A program made the position numbers and the translations under genes. Below are positions 1-8,874 of a stretch of 64,000 nucleotides of DNA, in pieces (position 1 is the first letter of the stretch; each line of letters opens with the position of its first letter). The notes below the pieces were generated by a model that searched no databases, was not told the origin of the DNA, and saw only the letters and a program-made list of their open reading frames with translations. Source of the stretch: an uncultured Verrucomicrobiae bacterium (GTDB lineage: Bacteria > Verrucomicrobiota > Verrucomicrobiia > Chthoniobacterales > Chthoniobacteraceae); the NCBI GenBank assembly GCA_963836755.1, contig CAWIKF010000002.1:224001-288000 (forward strand), written 5' to 3'.

Positions 1-3
1 GCC

Positions 4-1266
4 GTGATGGCCGCGCGCATCGGTTTCAACATGTATTTAAACAGCGACGGCTTTCGGCAAAAGATCGCCGCGGCGACTGGCCACGCGTTGAAAGCCGACG
101 GTCAGTTCATGCCGCTGCATCTCACCGGCGAGACGATTTACACCGACGGGTTCGACGCGCGCGGCACCGACGCAGCATTTTTTTCCGAGCTGCGCGCCGA
201 TCAAGTGCGCGCCGACTTTAACTGGCACGGCCTGCTCCACCACGCGTGGCAGATCGACCAAATCGAAATCCAGCGCCTCGAAGTCAAAGTCGCCGATCGC
301 GCGCCGGCACAGCATCCGCGCGAGTCGGGCGAAAAAATCACGCAGCCGGTGAGCAGCGGCTGGAAGCTCGATTTGCGCCAGGCGAATGTGCGCGATTCGC
401 GTTGGAGCTGGGGCGGCGCGAACATGCTCGCCGGCGAAGTGACTGGCGCCGCGCTGAAATTGACGCCGAGCGGCGACGCTTGGTTCATCGATGTCGACGG
501 CGGGAAAATCGCGCAGTCCGGCTGGCCTGAATTGCAGGTCGAATCAGCGCGACTCCGGTATCAGCCGCCATCGCTTTACGTTACGCAAAGCACGTTGCAC
601 AGCGGCGGCGGCAGCGCATCGGTGAGCGGCGAAATCGACTTTGGCCAGAGCGCCGATCTGCAGTTGCACGCGGAAGGTTTGAATGTTTCGCCGCTGCTCG
701 CCGCGGACTGGCGCGCGCGTCTCACAGGAAAAATTTTCGCCGATGCAAAAGTTCACGCGCCGCTCGGCGACGCTGATTCCACGGGCCTTTCCGTCGAAGG
801 CAGCGCGCGGCTGGCGGACGCGCAACTGACTGCGCTGCCGGTGCTCGACGAGATCGCGACTTTCACGCGCACGCAACGTTTTCGCCAACTCGCACTGAGC
901 AAGGCGTCGCTCGATTTCTCGCGCAGCGCGACCACATTTTCCGCGAGAAACGTGGTCGCCGAAAGTGAAGGTTTGCTGCGCGTGGAGGGCGCATTCACGG
1001 TCACTGGCGGCCAGCTCGACGGCACATTTCAAGTCGGCGTGACGCCCGCGTCGTTGCAATGGCTGCCCGGTTCGCAGGAGCGCGTTTTCACCGTTTCGCG
1101 CGACGGATATTTATGGACGCCGATGCGGCTGAGCGGCCCGGTGGATCATCCCGACGAGGATCTGACGCCGCGCCTGGCGGCAGCCGCCGCGGGCGCGGTG
1201 ATCAAAGACGTGCAAGGCACCGTGCACGACGCGGCAAAAGGCGTGCTCGACCTACTCCTGCACTAA
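4..1266 (+). CDS. AsmA-like envelope protein (probably 5'-truncated by window edge)
   Basis: Long beta-rich ORF open from the window edge; N-terminal 'YLNSDGFRQKIAAATG' helix and C-terminal 'TPMRLSGPVDHPDEDL...AAAGAVI' resemble AsmA-family ends. Confidence 0.6.
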   Translation: MMAARIGFNMYLNSDGFRQKIAAATGHALKADGQFMPLHLTGETIYTDGFDARGTDAAFFSELRADQVRADFNWHGLLHHAWQIDQIEIQRLEVKVADRAPAQHPRESGEKITQPVSSGWKLDLRQANVRDSRWSWGGANMLAGEVTGAALKLTPSGDAWFIDVDGGKIAQSGWPELQVESARLRYQPPSLYVTQSTLHSGGGSASVSGEIDFGQSADLQLHAEGLNVSPLLAADWRARLTGKIFADAKVHAPLGDADSTGLSVEGSARLADAQLTALPVLDEIATFTRTQRFRQLALSKASLDFSRSATTFSARNVVAESEGLLRVEGAFTVTGGQLDGTFQVGVTPASLQWLPGSQERVFTVSRDGYLWTPMRLSGPVDHPDEDLTPRLAAAAAGAVIKDVQGTVHDAAKGVLDLLLH

Positions 1267-1766
1267 GGTTTGACCGTCGTGCTGATGCCGAGCCGGAACG
1301 CTTTTTCCGCGCTCGTGAAAATCTTGTCGATCTGGTCCTTGCTCTCGACCCGGTATTCGATCGTTTTCGCGTGCGTCGTCGTCGGATAACTTTTCACGAC
1401 CTTTTGCCAGACATTATCCTGATCCACGCGTCCGGCCGCTTCCTTCGCGAGGTCCTGGAGTTTGTTGATCGTTGATTGCCCGATGCCGAGCGGCGAGTTC
1501 GGCGTGAGCGGCTCGATGTAGTAAAAGCGGACCGCAAATGTGCCGGACGTGTCGACATTGACCTCAGTCACGCGCGCTGCGCCATCGACGACATAATCCT
1601 GCGTGCTCACCGACACGATCGACCGCACCGCGGCCTCGTAGATTCCGCCCGGCAATTCGCAACGCCATATCGGCAGCCGCGACGGAGCAGCCGTCGGCGA
1701 TGGAGTGGGCGTCTGCGCGATGGCGACGGCGATGAGGGTAAAAAAAAGCAGCGATGCGAGTTTCAT
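1263..1766 (-). CDS. Hypothetical secreted protein
   Basis: ATG at 1766 overlaps the upstream stop (ATGA); signal peptide MKLASLLFFTLIAVAIAQ followed by a Pro/Thr linker. Confidence 0.7.
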   Translation of the reverse strand: MKLASLLFFTLIAVAIAQTPTPSPTAAPSRLPIWRCELPGGIYEAAVRSIVSVSTQDYVVDGAARVTEVNVDTSGTFAVRFYYIEPLTPNSPLGIGQSTINKLQDLAKEAAGRVDQDNVWQKVVKSYPTTTHAKTIEYRVESKDQIDKIFTSAEKAFRLGISTTVKP

Positions 1767-2098
1767 GATGTTTTGATTTTGCCGCCCCACGAAAGGATTC
1801 TCGCCTTTGTGCCGGCGGCTTCCGCTTCCGGAATCTGACCATTGCGATTGTAAAACAAAGACAAACTCGTCCAGCCGATTTGGTCGTTCGGCTGCAACGC
1901 CACCGCTTTTTTCCCGGCGTCGATCGCTTCGGGAAAACGGCCGAGCTTCATCAACGCCATGCCGAGCGCGTGCCAGCCGTCGAAAAACTCCGCATCGATC
2001 TCGACGCAGCGCCGATATTTTTCCACCGCCGATTCCAATTCGCCGAGCGCAAGGTCGCCATTGGCCTCGTCGAAAAGTTCCTCGGCCAATTCGCTCAT
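1763..2098 (-). CDS. Small TPR-repeat protein
   Basis: From MSELAEELF; TPR-like helices (WHALGMALMKLGRFPEAI, WTSLSLFYNRNGQIPEA). Confidence 0.8.
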   Translation of the reverse strand: MSELAEELFDEANGDLALGELESAVEKYRRCVEIDAEFFDGWHALGMALMKLGRFPEAIDAGKKAVALQPNDQIGWTSLSLFYNRNGQIPEAEAAGTKARILSWGGKIKTS

Positions 2099-2111
2099 CG
2101 TTAAATCTCCG

Positions 2112-3611
2112 CTAGCGCTTTGCAATTTCCAGTTTCGCGGCTTCGCGCCGCACGCGCAACCATTCGAGAAACGCCGTTTCGGATTTTTGCGCGGCAAAAA
2201 CAGGTTCCATCATCGGCTCATCCTTCGCAAATTGCGCGGGATCGACCGGCAGCCGGCTCTTCAAATAAACCAGCATTCCGCCCGCGTCCGTCGGGACGAA
2301 TTCGCTGAGCTGATTTTCGCCGAGCTCGACGGCTTTTTCCATGATCGCCTGCTGATCCGCAGTGTCGGCCGCGGCGGGCTCGGCGAGCGAGAAAGGAGGA
2401 ATGGCCTCGACCTTCTGACCTGCCGCCAAAGCCGCATCGGCAAAGGGTTTGCCGGCTTTGAGCGTGGCTTCGATTTGGTTACGAACCGACGTGGCCTTCA
2501 ACTGCATCGCTTCGTGCGCGCGCTCCATTTTGACTTGCTCGATGACCTTCGGCCGCGCCTCGTCAAAAGTCAGGCGACGCGCGGGAATAACGTCGAGAAG
2601 ACGCATCACGTAAAATCCATTTTCGCCCTGAATGACGTCGCTGTCCGGGTCAGTCATGGCGAGTTGAAATGCGGCTGCGGAAAGTGCGGGAACTGCCGCC
2701 ATGCGCGGGTCGGGATTTTGTTGCGAAAAGAGCGCGCTGGTCGTGACGGGCGCGGAAAACTTTGACGCGATGGCGTCAAACTTCGCACCTTTTTCCAGGA
2801 GCGCCTGCGTGAAATCGTTGGCGTGATTGGCGAGTTTTTCGAGCGCGGCGTTGCGATCTTTGCCGGTGAGTTTTTTGTCCGCGTCGCTTAATTCAAAGCT
2901 CGCGTATTCCACTTTGCGCTGCTCGTCGGATCTGAATTGATCCTTGCGCTGATCGAAAGCCTTCTTCGCGTCGTCGTCGGAAATTTGGATGCCAGCGACG
3001 AAGTCGGCTGTGTTAAAACGGATGACGGCGGCTTCCATTTTTTGATGCTCAAGATCGTAAGCGGAGCGGAATTCCGCAGGCGTCGGGACAACTCCGGAGG
3101 CGATGAGCGCCTTTACTTTTTTCAAGCGCAAATCGTCGCGCACGAGGTCGTCGATGACGGTGTCGGTGAAGCCGCGCGGCGTGAGTGCGCGCTGGACGAG
3201 CATCGCGAGTTTCGTGGAATCAAACTGCCCCTCGGTTTGCAGCGGACGCAGGGTGAGGATCGCGGCTTTGACTTCGTCGTCGCTGACAGTGATTTGCAGG
3301 CGGTCCGCTTCGTGGCGCAGCACCATCAGATTCCAGACGAAATTATCGACGGCGCGGGCGCGGTCGTAGCCGGCGAGATCCTGGACGAGGTCGATGAGGC
3401 CGAGCTCAAGAGCGACGTAAAATTTTCGCCCATCGCGTTGCGCATCAGTGTCGGAAACATTATGGCCGTAGATCGTTGCGACGGTGTCCGAACCGGTGCG
3501 CTGGAGGCGACCGGATTGGGTGCCATTCCAGAACCAGACGAAGGTGATGATGATGAAAACGGTGACGATGACCATCAGCGTTTGCTGATGTTTACGGAGA
3601 AGATTTACCAT
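2112..3611 (-). CDS. SurA N-terminal domain / PpiD-like periplasmic chaperone
   Basis: N-terminal membrane anchor, 'EADRLQITVSDDEVKAAI', 'LTFDEARPKV' and 'SEFVPTDAGGMLV' as in PpiD/SurA family. Confidence 0.8.
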   Translation of the reverse strand: MVNLLRKHQQTLMVIVTVFIIITFVWFWNGTQSGRLQRTGSDTVATIYGHNVSDTDAQRDGRKFYVALELGLIDLVQDLAGYDRARAVDNFVWNLMVLRHEADRLQITVSDDEVKAAILTLRPLQTEGQFDSTKLAMLVQRALTPRGFTDTVIDDLVRDDLRLKKVKALIASGVVPTPAEFRSAYDLEHQKMEAAVIRFNTADFVAGIQISDDDAKKAFDQRKDQFRSDEQRKVEYASFELSDADKKLTGKDRNAALEKLANHANDFTQALLEKGAKFDAIASKFSAPVTTSALFSQQNPDPRMAAVPALSAAAFQLAMTDPDSDVIQGENGFYVMRLLDVIPARRLTFDEARPKVIEQVKMERAHEAMQLKATSVRNQIEATLKAGKPFADAALAAGQKVEAIPPFSLAEPAAADTADQQAIMEKAVELGENQLSEFVPTDAGGMLVYLKSRLPVDPAQFAKDEPMMEPVFAAQKSETAFLEWLRVRREAAKLEIAKR

Positions 3612-3686
3612 TGGTCGGCGGCCTGAAAATACGAGGGATTATGGGTTGCGTCGGAGCGGCATGTTGCGGTAATTTGTCGCTCTTCG

Positions 3687-4439
3687 ATGAAGCTAAGACG
3701 TTGGTTTCCCCTCCAGCAACTCCTTTTTGCAGCGCTTGTCTGCATCGCAATCGCGGCGCGCGCGCAGGACACGCTGACGCTGCGCGACGGGCGCACGCAG
3801 GTGACGAAAATCCTCGGCGTGTCGGCATCGGGCGTGCAGATTCAGCTCGGCGCCGCGGGAACGATCACGATCCCGATGGCGAACATCGCGAAAGTCACGA
3901 TGGCGCCGCCGGCGAATTTTACGTCCGGCATGACTGCCTACGCCGCGGGCGACCTTCCGACGGCGCTCTCGGACATCAAGGCAGTGGTCGATAAATTCAA
4001 GGGCTTGCCGACGGATTGGGCGCAGCAGGCGACCGCGGCTCTCGGCGATATTTATGTCGCGCAGAACAAATTTTCGGAAGCGGAGGCGGCTTACAAAGAT
4101 TTCGAAAAATGGTATGCCGCGTCCGGTTCGCAACAGGCTGAGGTCGGCATGGCGCGTGTCGATTTTTCCAAAAAAGCTTACGCGGATGCGACGAAAAAAC
4201 TCGAGCCAATCCTCGCGCAGGCGTTGAAAGTAAAAGTCGCGCCGAAAGAGACGGCTGCGACCTACAGCCAGGCATTTTACTTATCCGGCCAGCTCAAGGA
4301 AGCGAGTGGCGATTTTAGTGGCGCCCTCGAGGATTATTTGCGAACTGTTGCGCTGTTTCCACAGGACCGCATCGCACTGGCAAACGCACAGGAACGTGCC
4401 GACGCGGTGCGGAAGGAACACGGTGTAGCCGCCCCCTGA
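3687..4439 (+). CDS. Exported TPR-repeat protein
   Basis: Signal peptide ending ARA-QD, small beta domain 'DTLTLRDG', TPR helices, C-terminal 'ALEDYLRTVALFP'. Confidence 0.75.
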   Translation: MKLRRWFPLQQLLFAALVCIAIAARAQDTLTLRDGRTQVTKILGVSASGVQIQLGAAGTITIPMANIAKVTMAPPANFTSGMTAYAAGDLPTALSDIKAVVDKFKGLPTDWAQQATAALGDIYVAQNKFSEAEAAYKDFEKWYAASGSQQAEVGMARVDFSKKAYADATKKLEPILAQALKVKVAPKETAATYSQAFYLSGQLKEASGDFSGALEDYLRTVALFPQDRIALANAQERADAVRKEHGVAAP

Positions 4440-4457
4440 TTTTTTTAAAACCAATTC

Positions 4458-5345
4458 ATGAAAACCCTCAGAAATTCCATCCTCCTCTTCGTCGCGCTGC
4501 CCGTTGGCAGCGTTTTTGCGCAGCAGCCGGCGGCACATAACGAATCGATTTTGCAAACGATCAAATCCGGCGGTCCGCTTGGGATCCTGATCTGGTGCGC
4601 CATTCTCGGCGCGTCGATCACGATGGTGACCTTCATCATCCAGAATATTCTTTCGCTGCGGAACGAAAAGCTGGCGCCGACTCCGCTTGTCCAGGCTTTG
4701 GAAAATGAAATCACCGCGGGAAACTATCAAGGCGCATGGGAGACCGCGAAGTCGAACAACAATTATCTTTCGAACGTCCTCCGCTCCGGCCTCGAACGTC
4801 TTGGCCGCGGAAAAGAAGCGGTCGAGGATGCCGTTGCGGAACTTTCGCTGCGTGAAGCAACCAATATCCGCACGCGCAACAGCTACCTTTCCGTAATCGG
4901 CGTCGTCTCGCCAATGATCGGATTGCTCGGGACCGTCATCGGCATGATGAAAGCATTCGCAGTGCTCGGTTCCAGCGGCATCGCCGATCCGCGCGGCCTC
5001 GCGTCGAGCATCGGTGAAGTGCTCATGGCGACGGCGAGCGGTTTGTTCATCGCCATCCCGGCATTCATTTCCTACTACATTTTCCGCAACCGCGCGCAGC
5101 AGGTCATCGTCTATGCCGACGATCAAATTAACCGGCTGATCGCCGACATTCCCTACGAGGAATTGGCCGGTGTGCGCATCGGTGAAAACTTTGATCCCGG
5201 TGCTGGTGCGCTTGTTTCCAGCGCTACGCAATCACGAAAAGTTTCCATGGCGCTGACGACGAACTGCCCGGTCTGCAATGGCGCCGTCACTCCCGGTCAA
5301 AATCCGTGTCCGCATTGCGGCTCGACGCTGGACTGGGCGCAGTAG
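4458..5345 (+). CDS. MotA/TolQ/ExbB proton channel protein with C-terminal zinc ribbon
   Basis: 'SPMIGLLGTVIGMMKAF' and 'LMATASGLFIAIP' TM motifs; tail CPVC-x10-CPHC. Confidence 0.9.
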   Translation: MKTLRNSILLFVALPVGSVFAQQPAAHNESILQTIKSGGPLGILIWCAILGASITMVTFIIQNILSLRNEKLAPTPLVQALENEITAGNYQGAWETAKSNNNYLSNVLRSGLERLGRGKEAVEDAVAELSLREATNIRTRNSYLSVIGVVSPMIGLLGTVIGMMKAFAVLGSSGIADPRGLASSIGEVLMATASGLFIAIPAFISYYIFRNRAQQVIVYADDQINRLIADIPYEELAGVRIGENFDPGAGALVSSATQSRKVSMALTTNCPVCNGAVTPGQNPCPHCGSTLDWAQ

Positions 5346-5360
5346 AAAGATTCCGCGTCG

Positions 5361-5837
5361 ATGCACAAGCTGACGCAAACGGAAAGACGGGAGAAGGAGC
5401 GCAAAAATCCTCCGGAGGAAGATCCGGAGTTTCAGATCGCTCCGATGATCGACATTCTGCTCGTGCTGCTCGTCTTTTTCATGTCGATCAGCTCGACGGA
5501 AGTATTGCAGTCAAACCACGAGATCCAGCTTCCCGTCGCGAACGATGCGAAGAGCGCCTCAAAAAACAATCCGGGGCAGGTCATCATCAACGTCACGTGG
5601 CTTAATCTAAGCAACGTCGGCACCATCGAGGTCAATGACACTCGCTACCCCGATGCAACAACGATCGTGCCGATTTTGCAAAAATCCATCAAAGCGAACC
5701 CGCTCGCGCGCGTGCTCATCCGCGCGGACAAGGATGTCCGTTACGCATTTCTCCGCGACCTCATGAAGTCGATCGGCGACGCGGGCGTGACCAACGTCAC
5801 GTTCTCGGTCGTCGATAAAGAAGCCCCACCAAAATGA
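5361..5837 (+). CDS. ExbD/TolR family protein
   Basis: 'APMIDILLVLLVFFM' TM with the conserved Asp; 'VLIRADKDVRY'. Confidence 0.9.
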   Translation: MHKLTQTERREKERKNPPEEDPEFQIAPMIDILLVLLVFFMSISSTEVLQSNHEIQLPVANDAKSASKNNPGQVIINVTWLNLSNVGTIEVNDTRYPDATTIVPILQKSIKANPLARVLIRADKDVRYAFLRDLMKSIGDAGVTNVTFSVVDKEAPPK

Positions 5838-5858
5838 AACAAACCCACCTCAAATAAT

Positions 5859-6278
5859 ATGGCAGGATCCGTAGGTTCAGAAGACGGCGACATCGGTTTT
5901 CAAATCGCCCCAATGGTCGATGTGGTATTTGTGCTGATGCTTTTTTTCATGGCCAGCGCAGGCAGTCAGGTGGTGGAAAAAGAGCTCGGCATCAACCTCC
6001 CGAGCGGCGCTTCATCCAAAAGCGGCGGACCGCCGCCAACCCCCATCATCATCGACATCTCCGCCGAGGGCCAGGTCACGATGAACAACCAGGCCTACGG
6101 CACGCCAACCGACAAAAATCTCACCGGGCTGCGCGAGTGGCTGAAAAATGCGATCGAACAATTTGGCGACAAAGATCCTGTCATCATCCGCCCCGCGCCA
6201 GACTCGCGGCATGAGCGAATCATGGATGTGCTCAATGCCGCTGCTGCTGCGCGCGTCAAAAACCTGACGTTCAGCTAG
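5859..6278 (+). CDS. ExbD/TolR family protein (second copy)
   Basis: 'APMVDVVFVLMLFFM'; 'PVIIRP...HERIMDVLN'. Confidence 0.9.
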   Translation: MAGSVGSEDGDIGFQIAPMVDVVFVLMLFFMASAGSQVVEKELGINLPSGASSKSGGPPPTPIIIDISAEGQVTMNNQAYGTPTDKNLTGLREWLKNAIEQFGDKDPVIIRPAPDSRHERIMDVLNAAAAARVKNLTFS

Positions 6279-6298
6279 CGACGCGAAACAATTACTCC

Positions 6299-6339
6299 AA
6301 AAAAAAGCGCGAGGTCTTCACCCCGCGCTTTTTATTTTT
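6299..6339. terminator. Bidirectional intrinsic terminator
   Basis: AAAAAGCGCG-A-GGT-cttc-ACC-C-CGCGCTTTTT hairpin with A-tract and T-tract, between convergent genes. Confidence 0.85.
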
Positions 6340-6352
6340 CCGCGAACGGAAG

Positions 6353-6748
6353 TTAGTGCGTCGTCGTCGTGGTGGTGCTCGATTCGTGTTTCTCGACTAC
6401 TCCACCGGTCGCCATCGTTTTGTGGACGATGATTTTTTGCGCGACCATTCCATCGCCGTCTTTCGCATAGATCACTTGCACCGGCACGCCGGTTTTGATG
6501 ATCGACATGTCCACCGGATTCCCGTTTTCGTCGGTGACGGTGGTGGTTTTGGAATAGGAGTAAGTGACCGGCGCAGCGCTCGATTCACTTTTCAAGACAA
6601 CAGTCGTCGGCGACATCTCGCTGATGGTGCCGGAGGATTGCGTCGTGGTCGTCTGGCTGACTGCGACTTGCGCAAAAGCAGCGGGAGCTGCGACCAGAAC
6701 TGCGCTTGCCGCAAGGCTCGCTGTTAAATGACGGAGTGATGTTTTCAT
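6353..6748 (-). CDS. Hypothetical small secreted beta-rich protein
   Basis: ATG at 6748; signal peptide ending AFA-Q; Thr-rich ends. Confidence 0.75.
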   Translation of the reverse strand: MKTSLRHLTASLAASAVLVAAPAAFAQVAVSQTTTTQSSGTISEMSPTTVVLKSESSAAPVTYSYSKTTTVTDENGNPVDMSIIKTGVPVQVIYAKDGDGMVAQKIIVHKTMATGGVVEKHESSTTTTTTH

Positions 6749-6883
6749 AATATTTGTTTGCTTAGTATGCCCGATTTTCAGCGGGTTGGTTTCATCCTCG
6801 GTATCGTATATTTCACGCCGTCTGGCCGCATATCGGCGCATGCATGACGATTCTGTTCGTCCAAAAAAACTGCTTCCCGCGCA

Positions 6884-7579
6884 TCAAATGACGGTCGCCT
6901 TTCCTCGGCGGGAATTGCGGACGACTTTGCCTGCATCCAGCTCTACCACTTGATCCGCAGCCGGCATCGCATCGGGAAGTGCCGCCGTCAAAATCACCGT
7001 CGTGGAAAACTTTTCCACCGTGCGCGCGAGCAATTCGGAAAATGTTTCCATCTCGTATCGCGACAGCTGTGCTCCCGCATTTTCCACGAGCAAAATGTCC
7101 GGGCGATGCGCGACAGCGCGCGCGAGGGAGACGCGATGTTGCTCGAGCAGCGTGAGAGAATCGACGGCGCGTTCCGCGACTTCGGAAAGTCCAGCGAAGT
7201 CCATGAGGTCCGCTGTTTGTGTGCGCGCCTGCTCGACTCCGAGGCCGGAAATTTTGAAAAGCGGCATTGCGATATTTTCCACTGCGGAAAAGTTGGTGAG
7301 CAAAAACGGCTCGGCAAAATGGAAACCGAAATGCCGATTGCGCATCTCGAGTCGCGACTGCGCATCCAGCGTGCTCGTCGGCGATCCGTGGAGAAAAAGT
7401 TCGCCGGCGTCCGGGATCTCCAGCAGACCTAAAAGCCGGAGCAGCAAATTTTTTCCACACCCTTCTGGACCGCACAGAACGCTGATGGTGCCCGCTTCGA
7501 ACTCGAGCGCGACGTCGCGCAGGCCTGCAAAAGCGTCTCGCGCGCAGCATAATTTTTCGGCGCGCAAAAAATCAGCCAT
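6884..7579 (-). CDS. ABC ATP-binding-fold protein, LolD-like, with degenerate motifs
   Basis: Walker A GPEGCGKN, 'RNRHFGF', 'ENIAMPL'; signature, Walker B and H-loop are degenerate. Confidence 0.75.
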   Translation of the reverse strand: MADFLRAEKLCCARDAFAGLRDVALEFEAGTISVLCGPEGCGKNLLLRLLGLLEIPDAGELFLHGSPTSTLDAQSRLEMRNRHFGFHFAEPFLLTNFSAVENIAMPLFKISGLGVEQARTQTADLMDFAGLSEVAERAVDSLTLLEQHRVSLARAVAHRPDILLVENAGAQLSRYEMETFSELLARTVEKFSTTVILTAALPDAMPAADQVVELDAGKVVRNSRRGKATVI

Positions 7580-8856
7580 CAGAATTTAATCCAGTCATCG
7601 GGATGGAGCCGGCCGGTTTCGCAACGCTTGAAAACGCAAACCCATGTCGCAAGCAGCCAGCCGCTGACGAAAGCGGCGAGGAGCGGATAAACGAAATTCC
7701 AAATGAGCGTCGCCGAGCTCTCCTCGCGGAAGCCGAGCACGATGGTTTGATTTACAAAATTCAGCAGAAAAAAATGCAGCCCGGCGACGAGCAGAAACCA
7801 AAGGAATTCCCACCAGTTCCTGCGCAGGAATGAAACGTGATCGCGCAGGGCTTTGCGCAGCGATTCGCTGTGAAAAGTGAGCGTGATCTGCACCGTCGCC
7901 GCCGCGATCAAAAACAGCGCGAGCAGCGGGCGCGCGACCCAATCGATGTAGGTAAAAGTCCGGTCGACGTCGGCGGGATCGTTGAAGTGAAAAAGGAGCG
8001 CGTAGATGCGCGGAAGGTCGATGAGCAGTGCGCTGACGAGCATCACCACGGCGGCCCATTTGACGACGAACGAGAAGCGGCGAATCGCGAAGTCGAGCAA
8101 ATGTGCTGGAGTAAAAGTAAGGCCGCGGACCCAGACGTAAACCATCAGGATGAGATAAATCTGCACGCAAACGCCGAAGAGATATTCGAACAAAAACGAA
8201 AGCCAATCGATGAACGAAAACCAGCGGAGCAGCAGCAGGCCAGGCGCGACGCGATTGAGCACCGGCAGGCTCGGGCCGAAAAGCACGGGCTTAAAAGTCG
8301 CCGCGACCGCGCAAACCATGATGGCTCCGTAAACGAGCCAGCCGAGCCGCCCGAAACGTTTGCGCAGCGCGTTCCGCAGCGTGACGTGATGATTTTCCCA
8401 ATTCCCGATCAGCAGGATCGCGGCGATTGCGGAGAAGGGAAACGTGGTGATGACGTTGTTAAACACTCCGGCGACAGCTTCCGCGGCGTTCAACGCGCTT
8501 TCCTTGATCAAAAGCATGCGCGGATCGGAGCGCAGCACCAGCCACCAATCCCCGAGCGAATGCACCTCGCCGATTCGGGGCGGGCTTTGCGGAAATGCCC
8601 AGACGAATGACCATTCAAAACTGGGCCGCTCCGATTCCGACAGCACGTAGAAATAAAAAATCCGCAGCGCGAGCTGGAACAGCGCATAGCAGAAGCCGAA
8701 GAGCGCGAGGATCGTCCAGATTTTCCGATACCGCCGCACGCAGCGGAATCCGTCGCGAAGGCTCGCGCGCACAGGATTCGTGAACATCAGCAGCAGATAG
8801 CTGCCGAGTGCGCCCGCGAGGAAAATCCCGAAACGATGCGCGATGAAAAAAGACAT
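7579..8856 (-). CDS. Hypothetical polytopic membrane protein
   Basis: About 9-10 hydrophobic segments; TGATG coupling to the downstream ATPase. Confidence 0.75.
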   Translation of the reverse strand: MSFFIAHRFGIFLAGALGSYLLLMFTNPVRASLRDGFRCVRRYRKIWTILALFGFCYALFQLALRIFYFYVLSESERPSFEWSFVWAFPQSPPRIGEVHSLGDWWLVLRSDPRMLLIKESALNAAEAVAGVFNNVITTFPFSAIAAILLIGNWENHHVTLRNALRKRFGRLGWLVYGAIMVCAVAATFKPVLFGPSLPVLNRVAPGLLLLRWFSFIDWLSFLFEYLFGVCVQIYLILMVYVWVRGLTFTPAHLLDFAIRRFSFVVKWAAVVMLVSALLIDLPRIYALLFHFNDPADVDRTFTYIDWVARPLLALFLIAAATVQITLTFHSESLRKALRDHVSFLRRNWWEFLWFLLVAGLHFFLLNFVNQTIVLGFREESSATLIWNFVYPLLAAFVSGWLLATWVCVFKRCETGRLHPDDWIKF

Positions 8857-8874
8857 CAGGAGTCCGGCCGCGCG

